This document shows, one piece after another, positions 47,056 to 58,633 of a DNA stretch of 64,000 nucleotides. Under the pieces are notes generated by a model that searched no databases, was not told the DNA's origin, and saw only the letters and a list, made by a program, of their open reading frames with translations. Origin of the DNA: Candidatus Limnocylindria bacterium (lineage in GTDB: Bacteria > Chloroflexota > Limnocylindria > P2-11E); the NCBI GenBank assembly GCA_036001645.1, contig DASYUC010000145.1:1534-65533 (forward strand), read 5' to 3'. Every line of letters begins with the position of its first letter. The first letter of the stretch is position 1. Made by a program: the position numbers and the translations under genes.

Positions 47056-47131
47056 GGTCGCCACGGTCACACGGTACCGCAGTGAGAGGTCCTGGACCGA
47101 ATATCCTCGGTCGCACCACGGGGGTGACGGC

Positions 47132-48028
47132 ATGGAGATCGGGCTCTACGGCCTGGGCCGGATGGGCGGCAACATGGTCACGCGTCTGGTCCGCGGCGGT
47201 CACCGCGTCGTCGCGGGAAATCGGAGCCCGGGGCCGGTCGACGAGTCCAAGGCCGGTGGCGCGGTCGGCGCCTACACGATCGAGGAGATGGTCGAACAGC
47301 TGCGGCCCCCGCGCGTCCTCTGGTCGATGGTGCCTGCGGGCGAGGCGACCGATCACACGCTCGATGAATTCGCGCGTTATGCGAGCAAGGGCGACGTACT
47401 GGTCGACGGCGCCAACTCGTACTTTCGCGACTCCATTCGCCGCGCGCAGAAATACACGGCGCTCGGATTCGATTTCCTCGACGTCGGCGTCTCCGGCGGC
47501 GTATGGGGACTCGAGAACGGCTATTGCATGATGGTCGGCGGCGAGGCACGCGCGGTGCAGCGCGTCACGCCGGTGCTCGACACGCTCGCGCCTCCGAACG
47601 GGTGGGCGCATTTCGGGAAGAGCGGCGCGGGCCATTTCATCAAGATGGTCCACAACGGGATCGAGTACGGGATGATGCAGGCGTACGGCGAGGGCTTCGA
47701 GCTCATTCACGCCAGCGAATTCGACATCGATATGAAGCGCGTCGCGCAGGTCTGGCTTCAGGGAAGCGTCGTGCGGTCGTGGCTCCTCGAGCTCGCCGAG
47801 CGCGCGTTCGAGCAGGAGGGCCCCGACCTCGCGAACATCAAGGGCTGGGTCGCCGATTCCGGCGAGGGGCGGTGGACGATCATGGAGGCGATCGCGCACG
47901 ACGTACCCGCGACCGTGCTCGCGCACTCGCTCTTCGCGCGCTTCACCTCTCGTCAGGACGACTCCTACGCGATGAAGGTCGCGGCCGCGCTGCGCAACCA
48001 ATTCGGCGGGCATGCGGTGAAGAAGTGA
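47132..48028 (+). CDS. gnd: 6-phosphogluconate dehydrogenase, short (YqeC/Gnd-like, decarboxylating)
   Basis: IGLYGLGRMGGNM Rossmann motif, DGANSYF, and GAGHFIKMVHNGIEYGMMQAYGEG. Confidence 0.85.
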   Translation: MEIGLYGLGRMGGNMVTRLVRGGHRVVAGNRSPGPVDESKAGGAVGAYTIEEMVEQLRPPRVLWSMVPAGEATDHTLDEFARYASKGDVLVDGANSYFRDSIRRAQKYTALGFDFLDVGVSGGVWGLENGYCMMVGGEARAVQRVTPVLDTLAPPNGWAHFGKSGAGHFIKMVHNGIEYGMMQAYGEGFELIHASEFDIDMKRVAQVWLQGSVVRSWLLELAERAFEQEGPDLANIKGWVADSGEGRWTIMEAIAHDVPATVLAHSLFARFTSRQDDSYAMKVAAALRNQFGGHAVKK

Positions 48029-48065
48029 GCGAGGGACGCGGCGCGCTGGGTTCGCCGAGGTGATC

Positions 48066-48172
48066 GCGGCGGCGGGCGTCTCTGGAGCGAAGTCGAGCCC
48101 GCGGGATCAGCAGGTCGGCGCGCCACGGCAGCGAAGCGGGCCCGTTTGAGCGACAGAGACGCCCGCCGCCGC
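48066..48172 (+). repeat. Full copy (A) of the GC-rich palindromic intergenic repeat family, in the zwf leader
   Basis: Perfect 19-bp arms GCGGCGGCGGGCGTCTCTG (48066-48084) and CAGAGACGCCCGCCGCCGC (48154-48172) enclose 69 nt. The right arm ends 5 nt before the zwf ATG. Confidence 0.85.
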
Positions 48173-48177
48173 GGCGT

Positions 48178-49701
48178 ATGACCGTCGCGCTCGCCAATCC
48201 GCTCCGCGAGGGTCTGCGGCTCGCGCGAACCCCGGAGCCGGCGTGTCTCGTCATCTTCGGTGCATCGGGCGACCTCACCGCGCGCAAGCTCATCCCGGCG
48301 CTCTACAACCTCGCGCTCCAACATCTGCTCCCGGCGAGCTTCGCGGTGATCGGTTCCGCCCGCCGCCGGATGACAACGGACGAGTTCCGCTCGGAGCTCC
48401 ACGACGCGGTCGCGGAGTTCAGCCGCACCAAGCCGATCAACGAAGAGGTCTGGTCGACATTCGCTCGGTCGATCCACTACGTCCCGACACCCGACGACCG
48501 CAGCTACGACGAGCTGGGGCACGTCCTCGCCCGCATCGACGGCGAGATCGGCGCGAACGGCAATCGTCTCTTCTACCTCGCGACGCCCCCGGCCGCGTAC
48601 GAGCCGATCATCCACGCGATCGGCGCTCATGGACTGCGTGGCGAGACCGGCTGGTCGCGCGTCGTCGTGGAGAAGCCGTACGGCCACGACCTCGAGAGCG
48701 CGATGCACCTGACGCACGTCGTCCAGGAGGTCTTCCGCGAGGACGAGGTCTTCCGGATCGACCACTACCTCGGCAAGGAGACCGTGCAGAACATCCTGGT
48801 CCTGCGCTTCGCGAACAGCATCTTCGAGCCGATCTGGACACGTCAGCACGTCGATCACGTGCAGATCACGGCCGCCGAATCGATCGGGATCGAAGAGCGG
48901 GCGGGCTACTACGACAGCGCCGGTGCGATGCGCGACATCGTTCAGAACCATCTCCTGCAGCTCCTCGCTCTCGTCGGGATGGAGCCTCCGTCCGCGTTCG
49001 ACGATCGTTCGGTACGCGACGAGAAGGTCAAGGTGCTGCGCGCGCTCCGGCGGATCGCACCGGACGAGGTCGGCGACCTCACGGTCCGCGGCCAGTACGG
49101 TCCCGGGTTCATCGGCGGCGAGCGTGTCGTGGGCTACCGCGATGAGCCTGGCGTCGCGCCGAACTCGCAGACCGAAACGTATGTCGCGCTCAAGTGCTTC
49201 ATCGACAACTGGCGCTGGGAAGACACGCCCTTCTACATCCGGACGGGGAAGCGGCTGCCGAAGCGCTCCACCGAGATCGCGATCCGCTTCCGGGTCGCTC
49301 CGCACCGGATCTTCACCCGCGAGTCGTCTCTGGGCCTCGACGCGAACGAGCTCGTCATACGGATCCAGCCCGACGAAGGCATCTCCCTCACGTTCGGGGC
49401 GAAGGTGCCGGTGCAGGGCCTGAAGATCCGTTCGGTGAACATGGACTTCGGATACGGCGAATCGTTCATGGTCGACGCGCCCGACTCGTACGAGACGCTC
49501 ATCCTCGACGCGCTCCGGGGCGACGCCACCCTCTTCACGCGCCGGGACGAGGTCGAGCAGCAGTGGGCATTCGTCGACCCGATCCTTGCCGGCTGGCAGG
49601 CGGGCCGGCAGGAGCTCGCGCTCTACGCCGCCGGCACGTGGGGGCCGGAGTTGGCCGACGCGCTCATCGCGCGCGACGGTCGGAGCTGGCGACGGCCGTG
49701 A
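48178..49701 (+). CDS. zwf: Glucose-6-phosphate dehydrogenase
   Basis: VIFGASGDLTARKL, RIDHYLGKE, and EKPxG motifs. Confidence 0.95.
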   Translation: MTVALANPLREGLRLARTPEPACLVIFGASGDLTARKLIPALYNLALQHLLPASFAVIGSARRRMTTDEFRSELHDAVAEFSRTKPINEEVWSTFARSIHYVPTPDDRSYDELGHVLARIDGEIGANGNRLFYLATPPAAYEPIIHAIGAHGLRGETGWSRVVVEKPYGHDLESAMHLTHVVQEVFREDEVFRIDHYLGKETVQNILVLRFANSIFEPIWTRQHVDHVQITAAESIGIEERAGYYDSAGAMRDIVQNHLLQLLALVGMEPPSAFDDRSVRDEKVKVLRALRRIAPDEVGDLTVRGQYGPGFIGGERVVGYRDEPGVAPNSQTETYVALKCFIDNWRWEDTPFYIRTGKRLPKRSTEIAIRFRVAPHRIFTRESSLGLDANELVIRIQPDEGISLTFGAKVPVQGLKIRSVNMDFGYGESFMVDAPDSYETLILDALRGDATLFTRRDEVEQQWAFVDPILAGWQAGRQELALYAAGTWGPELADALIARDGRSWRRP

Positions 49702-50831
49702 TCGGGGTCGACGAAGCGTTCTGGGGTGCGCGCGCGACGAGCATCGACGCGCTCGAGCGCGAGCTGGCTCGACTCAGACGCGCCGCGCTGGCACACGCGA
49801 AAGAGCGCGGCCACACGCTCGCGCGAGCGTCGGTGCTCAATCTCGTCGTCTACGCCGAGCGCGAGGTGCATGCGCGACGGGCAGCGCGGACCGTCGCGGA
49901 TCTCGCCCTTCGGCATCCCTCTCGCGCGATCGTCGTGCTGGGAGACCGGGGTCGCGAGGGCGTGCTCGCGTCCGTGCAGCTGCATTGCCATGTTCCGCCG
50001 TCCGATGGTGGAAAGCCGGTGTTGTACGAGCAGATCCTCGCGCGAGTGCGGGGGGACTTCGACGAGCGCGTCGCGAGCGTCGTCATCCCGCTGCTCGTTC
50101 CGGACCTGCCGGTATTCCTGTGGTGGACCGGGACGCCACCGAGCGACGCGCGGCACGTGGACGATCTCGTGACGCTCGCGGACCGGCTCATCGTCGATTC
50201 GGCCGACTTCGCGCGCGCCGACCTCACGTTGCCTGAGGTCGCGCGCCTTTCGCGCCTGCGCGTCGGCATCACCGATCTCAACTGGGCGCGGCTCACGCAC
50301 TGGCGCGAGCTCGTCGCGCAGTTCTTCGACGTACCCGCCTGGCGCCCGTTCCTGGGTGGGATCACGGGCATCCGCGCGGGGTTCGCCGTCGATATGGATG
50401 GCCGCGACATCCATCCATCGCAGGCGCTGCTGCTCCTGGGATGGATCGCGTCGCGGTTGGGCTGGCGTCCGGTGGAAGCGCTCGCCCCCTCGGAGGCCGG
50501 CGGCCTGCTCTTCAAGATGGCGCGCGCGGACAACGCGCCGGTCATGGTGCGCCTGCGACCGCGATTCGAGCGTGGCCTCGACACCGGCGACGTATCGGGC
50601 GTCCGTATCCAGGCCGCGGTCGGTCGCAACACGGCGGAGTTCGTGATCAAGCGCGCGCCGGACGAACGCCACGCGACGGCGACCGCGATCATCGACGGCG
50701 TGGTCCGCGCGGAGCGCGTCGTGCCGCTTCCCGCGCTCGGCATCCGCGAGCTTCTCGGCGAGGAGCTCGCGATCGCGGGGAACGACCACGTCTACGAGGC
50801 TGCGCTCGCGGCGATCATGGCGCTGGCCTGA
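49698..50831 (+). CDS. opcA: Glucose-6-phosphate dehydrogenase assembly protein OpcA
   Basis: It follows zwf with a GTGA overlap and has the DLPVFLWWTG motif. Confidence 0.8.
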   Translation: MIGVDEAFWGARATSIDALERELARLRRAALAHAKERGHTLARASVLNLVVYAEREVHARRAARTVADLALRHPSRAIVVLGDRGREGVLASVQLHCHVPPSDGGKPVLYEQILARVRGDFDERVASVVIPLLVPDLPVFLWWTGTPPSDARHVDDLVTLADRLIVDSADFARADLTLPEVARLSRLRVGITDLNWARLTHWRELVAQFFDVPAWRPFLGGITGIRAGFAVDMDGRDIHPSQALLLLGWIASRLGWRPVEALAPSEAGGLLFKMARADNAPVMVRLRPRFERGLDTGDVSGVRIQAAVGRNTAEFVIKRAPDERHATATAIIDGVVRAERVVPLPALGIRELLGEELAIAGNDHVYEAALAAIMALA

Positions 50832-50842
50832 GCTTTGCGACC

Positions 50843-52123
50843 ATGACCGGCATGCCATCGGACGAGCGCGGCGCGGCGGCGAAGCGCGAGGACACGAAAG
50901 AGGGTCGACTCCTGGCGGGCCGTTACCGCCTCGTCCAGAGGATCGACGAAGGCGGCGCGGGCGAAGTGTGGCAGGCGCGCGACGAGCGGCTGGACCGCGA
51001 CGTCGCCATCAAGATCCTCGGCCCGAGCGCCGACGAGGCGTTCCGCGAGCGCTTCGCGGACGAGGCGCGGCGCGCCGCATCGGTGTTGCATCCGAATGTC
51101 GTGACCGTCTTCGACGAGGGCCGCGACGGTGCGGACGCGTTCATGGTCATGGAGCTCGTGCGCGGGCGAACGCTGCGCGACGTCATCGCCGACCGCGGTC
51201 CGCTGCGCCCGCACGAGGCCGCGCGCATCGTCGCGCAGGTCGCGGCCGCGCTCGACGCGGCGCACGAGGCCGGCGTGATCCACTGCGACGTAAAGCCCGC
51301 GAACGTCATCGTGGACCAGCAGGGCACCGCGAAGCTGACGGACTTCGGTATCGCGCGAGCGGCGCGCGGACCGCGCGAGCACGAGCTGATCGGCACCGCG
51401 AGATACATCGCGCCCGAACGCATCGAGGGCAAGGCGCCGACCGAGCGAAGCGATGTGTACAGCCTCGGCCTCGTCGCGTACGAGCTCATCGCGGGGCGCC
51501 CGCCGAACGCGGAGATGGACACCGAGGACCTGCTACGTGTCCGACTCGAGGGACGGCCGCCATCGCTGCGCTCGGCGCGCGTCGGCATCGGCGATGAGAT
51601 CGACCGAGTCGTCGCCAAAGCGCTCGCGCGAGACCCGCAGGGCCGCTACGCGAGCGCCGGTGCGTTCGCGCAGGATCTCCTCGCGGCCTCGCAGCGCGAC
51701 GACGCGACGAGCCTCCTGTCGCCTGTGACCCGGCCACTGCGCAGCGGCGGCCGGCGCGAGTTCCACGTGGACACGACGCTCGCGCTCCTCGCCATCGTCG
51801 CCGTCCTCGTCGCGACGCTCGCGATCTTCGCGTCGTTCCAGGGCCGTGCGGTCGATGCGCGGCCCACGGCCAGTCCATCGGCGTCGGCGCCGGCACGCGT
51901 CGCGCCGAACGTCGTCGGAAAGGATGTCAACGAGGCCGGTCGGCTGCTCATCGCGGCGGGATTCCAGTCGCCGGTGCCGTGGGAGGTGGATCCGGCCGCG
52001 CGCGGCCAGGCCTGCAGCGTCGCGCGCCAGGAGCCGCAGCCCGGCACGGCCGTCCAGCCGGGCGCGACCGCGCGCCTCTTCCTCGTGGGCGGCAAGGACT
52101 GCGGCGGGAAGTCGAAGGACTGA
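50843..52123 (+). CDS. Ser/Thr protein kinase with TM and one C-terminal PASTA domain
   Basis: GGAGEVWQA...VAIK, HCDVKPANV, DFG, and APE. PASTA-like VAPNVVGKDVNEAGRLLIAAGF. Confidence 0.9.
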   Translation: MTGMPSDERGAAAKREDTKEGRLLAGRYRLVQRIDEGGAGEVWQARDERLDRDVAIKILGPSADEAFRERFADEARRAASVLHPNVVTVFDEGRDGADAFMVMELVRGRTLRDVIADRGPLRPHEAARIVAQVAAALDAAHEAGVIHCDVKPANVIVDQQGTAKLTDFGIARAARGPREHELIGTARYIAPERIEGKAPTERSDVYSLGLVAYELIAGRPPNAEMDTEDLLRVRLEGRPPSLRSARVGIGDEIDRVVAKALARDPQGRYASAGAFAQDLLAASQRDDATSLLSPVTRPLRSGGRREFHVDTTLALLAIVAVLVATLAIFASFQGRAVDARPTASPSASAPARVAPNVVGKDVNEAGRLLIAAGFQSPVPWEVDPAARGQACSVARQEPQPGTAVQPGATARLFLVGGKDCGGKSKD

Positions 52124-52128
52124 CGCGC

Positions 52129-53057
<929 letters not shown>

Positions 53058-53061
<4 letters not shown>

Positions 53062-56000
53062 GGCCCCAGCCGGTCCAGAAGCCGTCGCGCGACCGGCAGG
53101 CCGAGCGCGACCGCCGCGGCGCCGATCACGACCGCGCCTTCGATGATCCAGGCCGCCAACACCGTCGCCCCCGTGAGCACGCTGGCGCTCACCGGGGTCG
53201 GGCATGACTCGGTCGGATAGAACGTCGGGTCGTAGTGCCAGGTGGGAAGGATCTCGAAGATGCTCCCGAGCTCACCCGGGATCGGCAGGCCGGAGACGTA
53301 CGGATAGAAGATGAGGAACGACGCCGCCGCGAGGCCGAGGAACACCAGGACGGCCTTTCGCCGGCGCTCCCACAGCACAGCGAGCATCGCGGCGAGGCAG
53401 AGCAGGTAGAAGGGCAGCACGGTGAAGAAGTGATAGAAGAAGAGCACGCGTGAGATGGGGATCCACGCGACGTACTGTGCGAGCATCGCAAGGGACAGGA
53501 CGCCGAGCGAGTGCGACCGCGCGCGGATCGCGAGTGCGATCGTGAGCGCCGCCGCCGGCAGCGCCGCCCAGAACAGCACGATGTTGCCGGCGTCGTAGAT
53601 GTAGCCGTTCGTTCCGCCGGTGCTCGCGCCGAAGTACCAGTAGACCGGTTTGAGATCGAGCGGCCAGCTCCACCACGGCGAGCCCGCGCAGTGCGGCGCG
53701 GTGAGCGAGCTGTGGTACCAGTACATCTGCTGCGTGAGCTCCCAGAGATTCCAGCCGTACGGCGCCGTCGGTCCCCCGAACCAGCTCACGTAGCTCGCGA
53801 GATAGACGAGCAGCGGGATCACCGCGAATGACGCGAACAGGAGCGCGGCGTTGCGCCCGCGACCCGCGAGGAGATCGAGCGGACCGCCCGTGCCCGGACG
53901 CCCACGTTCGTACGCGAACGCGGTCACGCCGACGGAGAGGACGAAGACTCCACCGAGGGTGTAGGCGGCGGCCCACTTCGAGGCGAGGCCCAGCCCGAGC
54001 AGGACCCCGGCGATCGCGATGTCGAGCATCGCGGAGCGCCTGGGTCGATGCGCTGCGACGATGAAGTACCAGGCGGCGACGATGAAGCTCGCCACGTAGA
54101 TGTCGTTCATGCCGATGCGCGCCTGCGCGAGCATCGATCCGCAGAGCACCACCGCGGCGCCGACGAGCCACGCCGTCACCGGCGAGGCGAAGAGGCGGCG
54201 TGCGAGCAGGACGAGAAAGAACGCGAGGATCGCGCCGAGAACGACGCCGGGCAGGCGCCAGGCGAGAGCGTGACGACCGGTCTCGATCCGCTCGGCGCCC
54301 GCGGATCCGGTCACGAGAAGCTTGTCGTCGTCGTTGTCGAAAGCGAGGAGCGATCCCGACACGGGGATCGACGCGAAGGGCGACGCACCGTGGACCTCCA
54401 CGACGACGAGGCGGCCCTCCGCGAGCGCGTAGAGGAACTGCGTGCGCGGCACGAGCACCAGAGCGGTGGCGCCGGATGCGAACGTGCCGGTGCGTGCGTT
54501 CCCGAGCTTGACCGAGTCGCGCTGACCGTTGGGCAGCTCGTACACGTCGAGGACCGGCGCATCCGAGCGCGCCACGAAGAGACGGTTCGGCCCCTGCGCG
54601 TAGGCGATCGCGCGAGCGGGCCCGCCGCCAGGGAGCTGCCGCGTCTCTCTGCCGGTGGTGGGATCGACGACGTGGACGTCGCCGCGTGCGTCGAGGACGT
54701 ACAGCTCGCTCCCGTCCGTGTTCGCTGCGACAGCCGCGGCGCCGAGCTGCACGACGATGGGCGCTGCGTCGATCGCGGTATAGATCGCGACGCCGGAGTC
54801 GCTCGCGACGACGATGCGACCGCCCGACACGAGCAGCGCGGTCACCGGTCCGCCGATCGGAAGGCGCGTGCGTGGGGGCGCGAGGCTGCCCAGGGACTCG
54901 GTGCTCTGGAGGAGCTCGGTGTCGGTCGCCCAGAGGATGTGAATACCGTCGAGCGCCAGCGCTCGCACGCCGAGCGCGCCCTTCACCACATCGCGGCCGG
55001 TCGTGCTGTCGCGCGCACGCAGCGTGATGACGCCGTCGGCCGACGCGAACCCGCGCGTCCCGTCAGACCCGACCGCGAACGCGACGACGTTCGGGCGCGG
55101 CAGTGACTCGCGACCGACAACGCGGTCGTCACCGAAAGCGACGATGCCGACCGCCATGATCTCTTTGGCGAGATGCGGGTGCGTCCATTCGTACGGATCG
55201 CGTTGCGCGAGCAGCTCGAACGCGGTGCGCGCGTGGTAGACCTCGTCGAAGTACATGTCGCGCGGGTGATCGAGCCGATAGCCCCGCGTGAGCAGGACCG
55301 CGAGCGCGACGAGCAGCGCGACGGTGACGTCGCGCCGCGTCGGCGCATGTCCGCTCGCGAGCGCCGCCGGCAGGCGCCACGCCGCGCGCGGCTCGGCCGG
55401 CGCCGACGCCGCAGGAAGAGCGACCTCCCCCGACGGCTCGAGACGCGCCTCACCGCGGATCAGCCGCCAGACGGCCAGACCGGCGGTGCCGAGCATGAGG
55501 AGCGCGATCAGGATCTGACCGTTCCGCGTGAACAACGTGGCTTCGAGCCAGGCGGGCGTCTTGAGATCGACCGCGGGTCCTCCGAAGCGGACCCCGTCGT
55601 AGCGCGTGAACGCGAAGTAGAGCGACAGCGCGAACAGCAGCGAGAGCGACACGTACGGCCAGAGCAGACGGGCGCGCATCGCCGCGAGCGGGAGCAGGAG
55701 CACGAACGCGGGGAACAGGTATCGCTCGTGGGCGCGAGTGGGGAGGAAGTAGAACGCGCAGGCGGCGATCGTGCCCGCCGCGAGGAGCGTCGCGGTGTCG
55801 CGACGCTGCCACAGCGGCACGCACGCGGCGAGCAGGCCCGCGACGAGCAGGACGACGCCGAAACCGAAATAGGCGTCGTCCGGCTTCCAGAAGTCGCCGA
55901 CGATCGACCACACATTGAACGCGAACAGCGACGTGTACTGATAGGTCTCGGCCGCCTTCCGCACGAGGTCGAACAGCTCCACGGGGCCGGCCCGGAATGG

Positions 56001-56696
56001 CGCGCCCAGCACCAGCGCGGTCGCGGCGGACGCGGCGCCAACGCGGACCAGCGGTTCCCAGCGTCGCTCGCGGATCAGCTCGATGAGGACCGCGGCGCCG
56101 ATCACGACGATCCCGATGCCGAACTGCGGCTTGATCATCGCGGCGATGGCCGCGAGCGCACCGGCGGTCGCCCAGCGGCCGCGGCCAGCCGCGACGAGCG
56201 CCGCGAAGAGCGGAAGGGATCCGACGGCGTCGATCTGCCCCCAGTACGGACCGGCGAAGATCGCACCCGGTGACAGAGACCACAGGCCCGCGGCCAGGAT
56301 CGCGCTGCCGCGTCCCGCGTGGCGCCAGGCGAGCATGGCCGCCCCCGTCGCGATCGCGACATCGGCCGGGATGCTCGCTGCCTTCACCGCGAGGCGGAGG
56401 AACTCGCCATCGAACATCGCGCCGAGGAACCAGAGCACGTAGAGATACGCCGGCGGGTAGTCGCTGAAGTACTCGGGCGAGTAGAAGGCGCCCGGGCCGA
56501 CCTGGACCAGGTGCTCGGCCCAGGCCTGAAAGGTGCCGACGTCGGTGACGAAGCCCGGCGAGCGCAGCGTCAGCAGGCGCAGCACGACGCCGAACGCGAT
56601 CAGTCCGGCGATCGCGAGATGCGCGCGGCGGTCCGCTCGTTCGTCGGAGGACCGCGGGGGGTCCTCGGGGGGCAGAGCCCCCCGGCGGCTGGTCAC
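53058..56696 (-). CDS. Fused double GT-C glycosyltransferase (N-terminal GT-C module plus PMT-like module with inserted beta-propeller-like domain)
   Basis: The N-terminal ~480 aa are polytopic (SDYPPAYLY, AHERYLFP). The second module has DMYFDEVYHARTA and the C-terminal SPWWSWPL 4TMC-like region. About 330 soluble aa with YVTN-like repeats lie between them. The GTG at 56696 overlaps the upstream stop (GTGA). Confidence 0.7.
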
Positions 56697-57883
56697 TGCC
56701 AGTAGTCGAACCGCGTGATCGCGACCATCGCGTACAGGTTGATCGCGACGGACACCACGACGACCGCGACGAAGAGCCACGACGGTCGCGGGCGCCACAC
56801 GCTGCCGTGGCGGGCGTCGCCCACGAGCGCGAGCGCGATGAGGAACGGCTGCGCGTCGATCGAGAACCGATAGCCGAACTGCTGAAAGCCGACGGTCCCG
56901 TGAAGGATGTCCGGTAGGAGCGCGAGCAGCGCGGCGAGCGCCACGGCCACCGTGCCGATGTCACGCCGCAGGCCGCGGAGGCCTGCGAAGAGCCAGAGGA
57001 ACGCGGGCGTCGTCAGGAACAGGGCCGTGCCGATGCCGCGTGGTCGCAGGAAGAACGGCGTTCCCTCGACCAGGTCGGGCGGCTCGAGGAAGATCGCGTA
57101 GAAGTGGCGCGGCAGGTAGAACGGCGAGAACAATCCGCGCGTGAAGAAGACGTCGCCCTGCGTGAGCTGAACGTATCCCGCGTCGAAGACCGAGTCCCAC
57201 CGCAGCACGTTCCAGCCGACGTACATGAGCGCGAACGGAACACCCCCGAGCACGACCCCGGCGAGCGCTCGCGGATACGGCGTGTCCGCGCGACGCGCGA
57301 GAAGCAGCGCGAGCGCCGGCGCGGCCGCGGCGACCGGCAGACGAGCCAGCGCCGCGAGCCCGATGCAGGCGCCGACGAGCCAGGCCCGCTCGCCGCGGGC
57401 CGCGAACAGGAAGGAGGCCGATAGGAACGGCATCGCGACGGCGTGCGCCGCGTACCAGGCGCGTCCGTCGACGCTCGAGAAGAACAGCGTGGTCCCGAAC
57501 GTCGAGAGGAGCGCTCCGGCGATCGCGACGAGGCGCGGCGCGCCGAAGGCTCGCAGCGCGAGGAACAGGATCCCCGCGGAGGCGCCGCCCGCGATCCGCG
57601 AGGCGATGACCTGCGAGAGCGCGGTGGGCAGCACGACCGCCAGGGGCATCGCGAGGATCGCCGGCAGCGGCGGGTAGACCACGCACCAGCGCTCCGCTCC
57701 GCACGGCACGAGCTCGTTCAGCCACGGCGGCGCTTCGCTGACCCACCAGTGGCCTTCCAGGAGCGCCTGCGCGAGCCGTCCGTAGTAGTCGTAGTCGGTG
57801 CGGAGGCCGAGCCCGGCGACGACGTACGCCACGGCACCTGCGGCCGCGAGCGCGATCGCGATCCTGCGGTCGCTCCAGGTCAT
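56693..57883 (-). CDS. GT-C fold glycosyltransferase (ArnT/PMT_2-like)
   Basis: 396-aa polytopic protein. Trimmed to the ATG at 57883. It is divergent from a polyprenol-phosphate sugar synthase gene. Confidence 0.6.
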   Translation of the reverse strand: MTWSDRRIAIALAAAGAVAYVVAGLGLRTDYDYYGRLAQALLEGHWWVSEAPPWLNELVPCGAERWCVVYPPLPAILAMPLAVVLPTALSQVIASRIAGGASAGILFLALRAFGAPRLVAIAGALLSTFGTTLFFSSVDGRAWYAAHAVAMPFLSASFLFAARGERAWLVGACIGLAALARLPVAAAAPALALLLARRADTPYPRALAGVVLGGVPFALMYVGWNVLRWDSVFDAGYVQLTQGDVFFTRGLFSPFYLPRHFYAIFLEPPDLVEGTPFFLRPRGIGTALFLTTPAFLWLFAGLRGLRRDIGTVAVALAALLALLPDILHGTVGFQQFGYRFSIDAQPFLIALALVGDARHGSVWRPRPSWLFVAVVVVSVAINLYAMVAITRFDYWQ

Positions 57884-57913
57884 CCCGACGCAACACGCTA
57901 ACCTTGCGCTGCG

Positions 57914-58633
57914 TTGTCCGCACGACTCGGAAGCCTCTCGTTCTTCTTTCCGGCGCTCAACGAGGAAGATCACGTGGAGGCCCTCGTACGCGACGCGCTG
58001 AGCGTGCTGCCGCGCTTCGCGGACGACATCGAGGTCACCGTCATCGACGACGGCAGCACCGACCGCACCGGGAAGATCGCCGACGACCTTGCGAGAGCGG
58101 ATCCGCGCGTCCGCGTCGTCCACCACGGGGCGCGGCGTGGCTACGGCGGCGCGGTGCGCTCGGGCCTCGTCTCCGCGAGGAAGGAGTTCATCTTCTTCAC
58201 CGACGGCGACCGCCAGTTCGAGATCGCGGACCTGGGCCGGCTCATCGCGGCGCTCGACGGTGTCGACGCGGTGATGGGCTATCGCCTCAAGCGACAGGAT
58301 CCGCCGCGGGCACGCTTCGTGGCGTGGGTCTACAACAACGTCATCCGCGTGCTGTTCTTCGGCGGCTTCCGTGACGTCGACTGCGCCTTCAAGCTCTTCC
58401 GCCGAGAGGTCTTCGAACGCGTTCCGCTCGATCGGGTCCGTTCGAACGGCGCCTTCTTCTCGGCCGAGATGCTGATCACGCTACGGCGCGCCGGCGTTCG
58501 GACGCGCGAGGTCGGCGTGCCGCACCACCCGCGGACCGCAGGCAAGGCGAAGGGTCAGCAACCGAAGGTGATCCTCCGCGCGACGGGCGACCTGCTGCGA
58601 CTGCGTCTGCGGCTCTGGGGTCTCCCCCTCTAG
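57914..58633 (+). CDS. GT2 polyprenol-phosphate mannosyl/glucosyl-transferase (Dpm1/Ppm1-like)
   Basis: FPALNEE, VIDDGSTDRT, FFTDGDRQF, and DVDCAFKLFRR. TTG start. Confidence 0.8.
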   Translation: MSARLGSLSFFFPALNEEDHVEALVRDALSVLPRFADDIEVTVIDDGSTDRTGKIADDLARADPRVRVVHHGARRGYGGAVRSGLVSARKEFIFFTDGDRQFEIADLGRLIAALDGVDAVMGYRLKRQDPPRARFVAWVYNNVIRVLFFGGFRDVDCAFKLFRREVFERVPLDRVRSNGAFFSAEMLITLRRAGVRTREVGVPHHPRTAGKAKGQQPKVILRATGDLLRLRLRLWGLPL

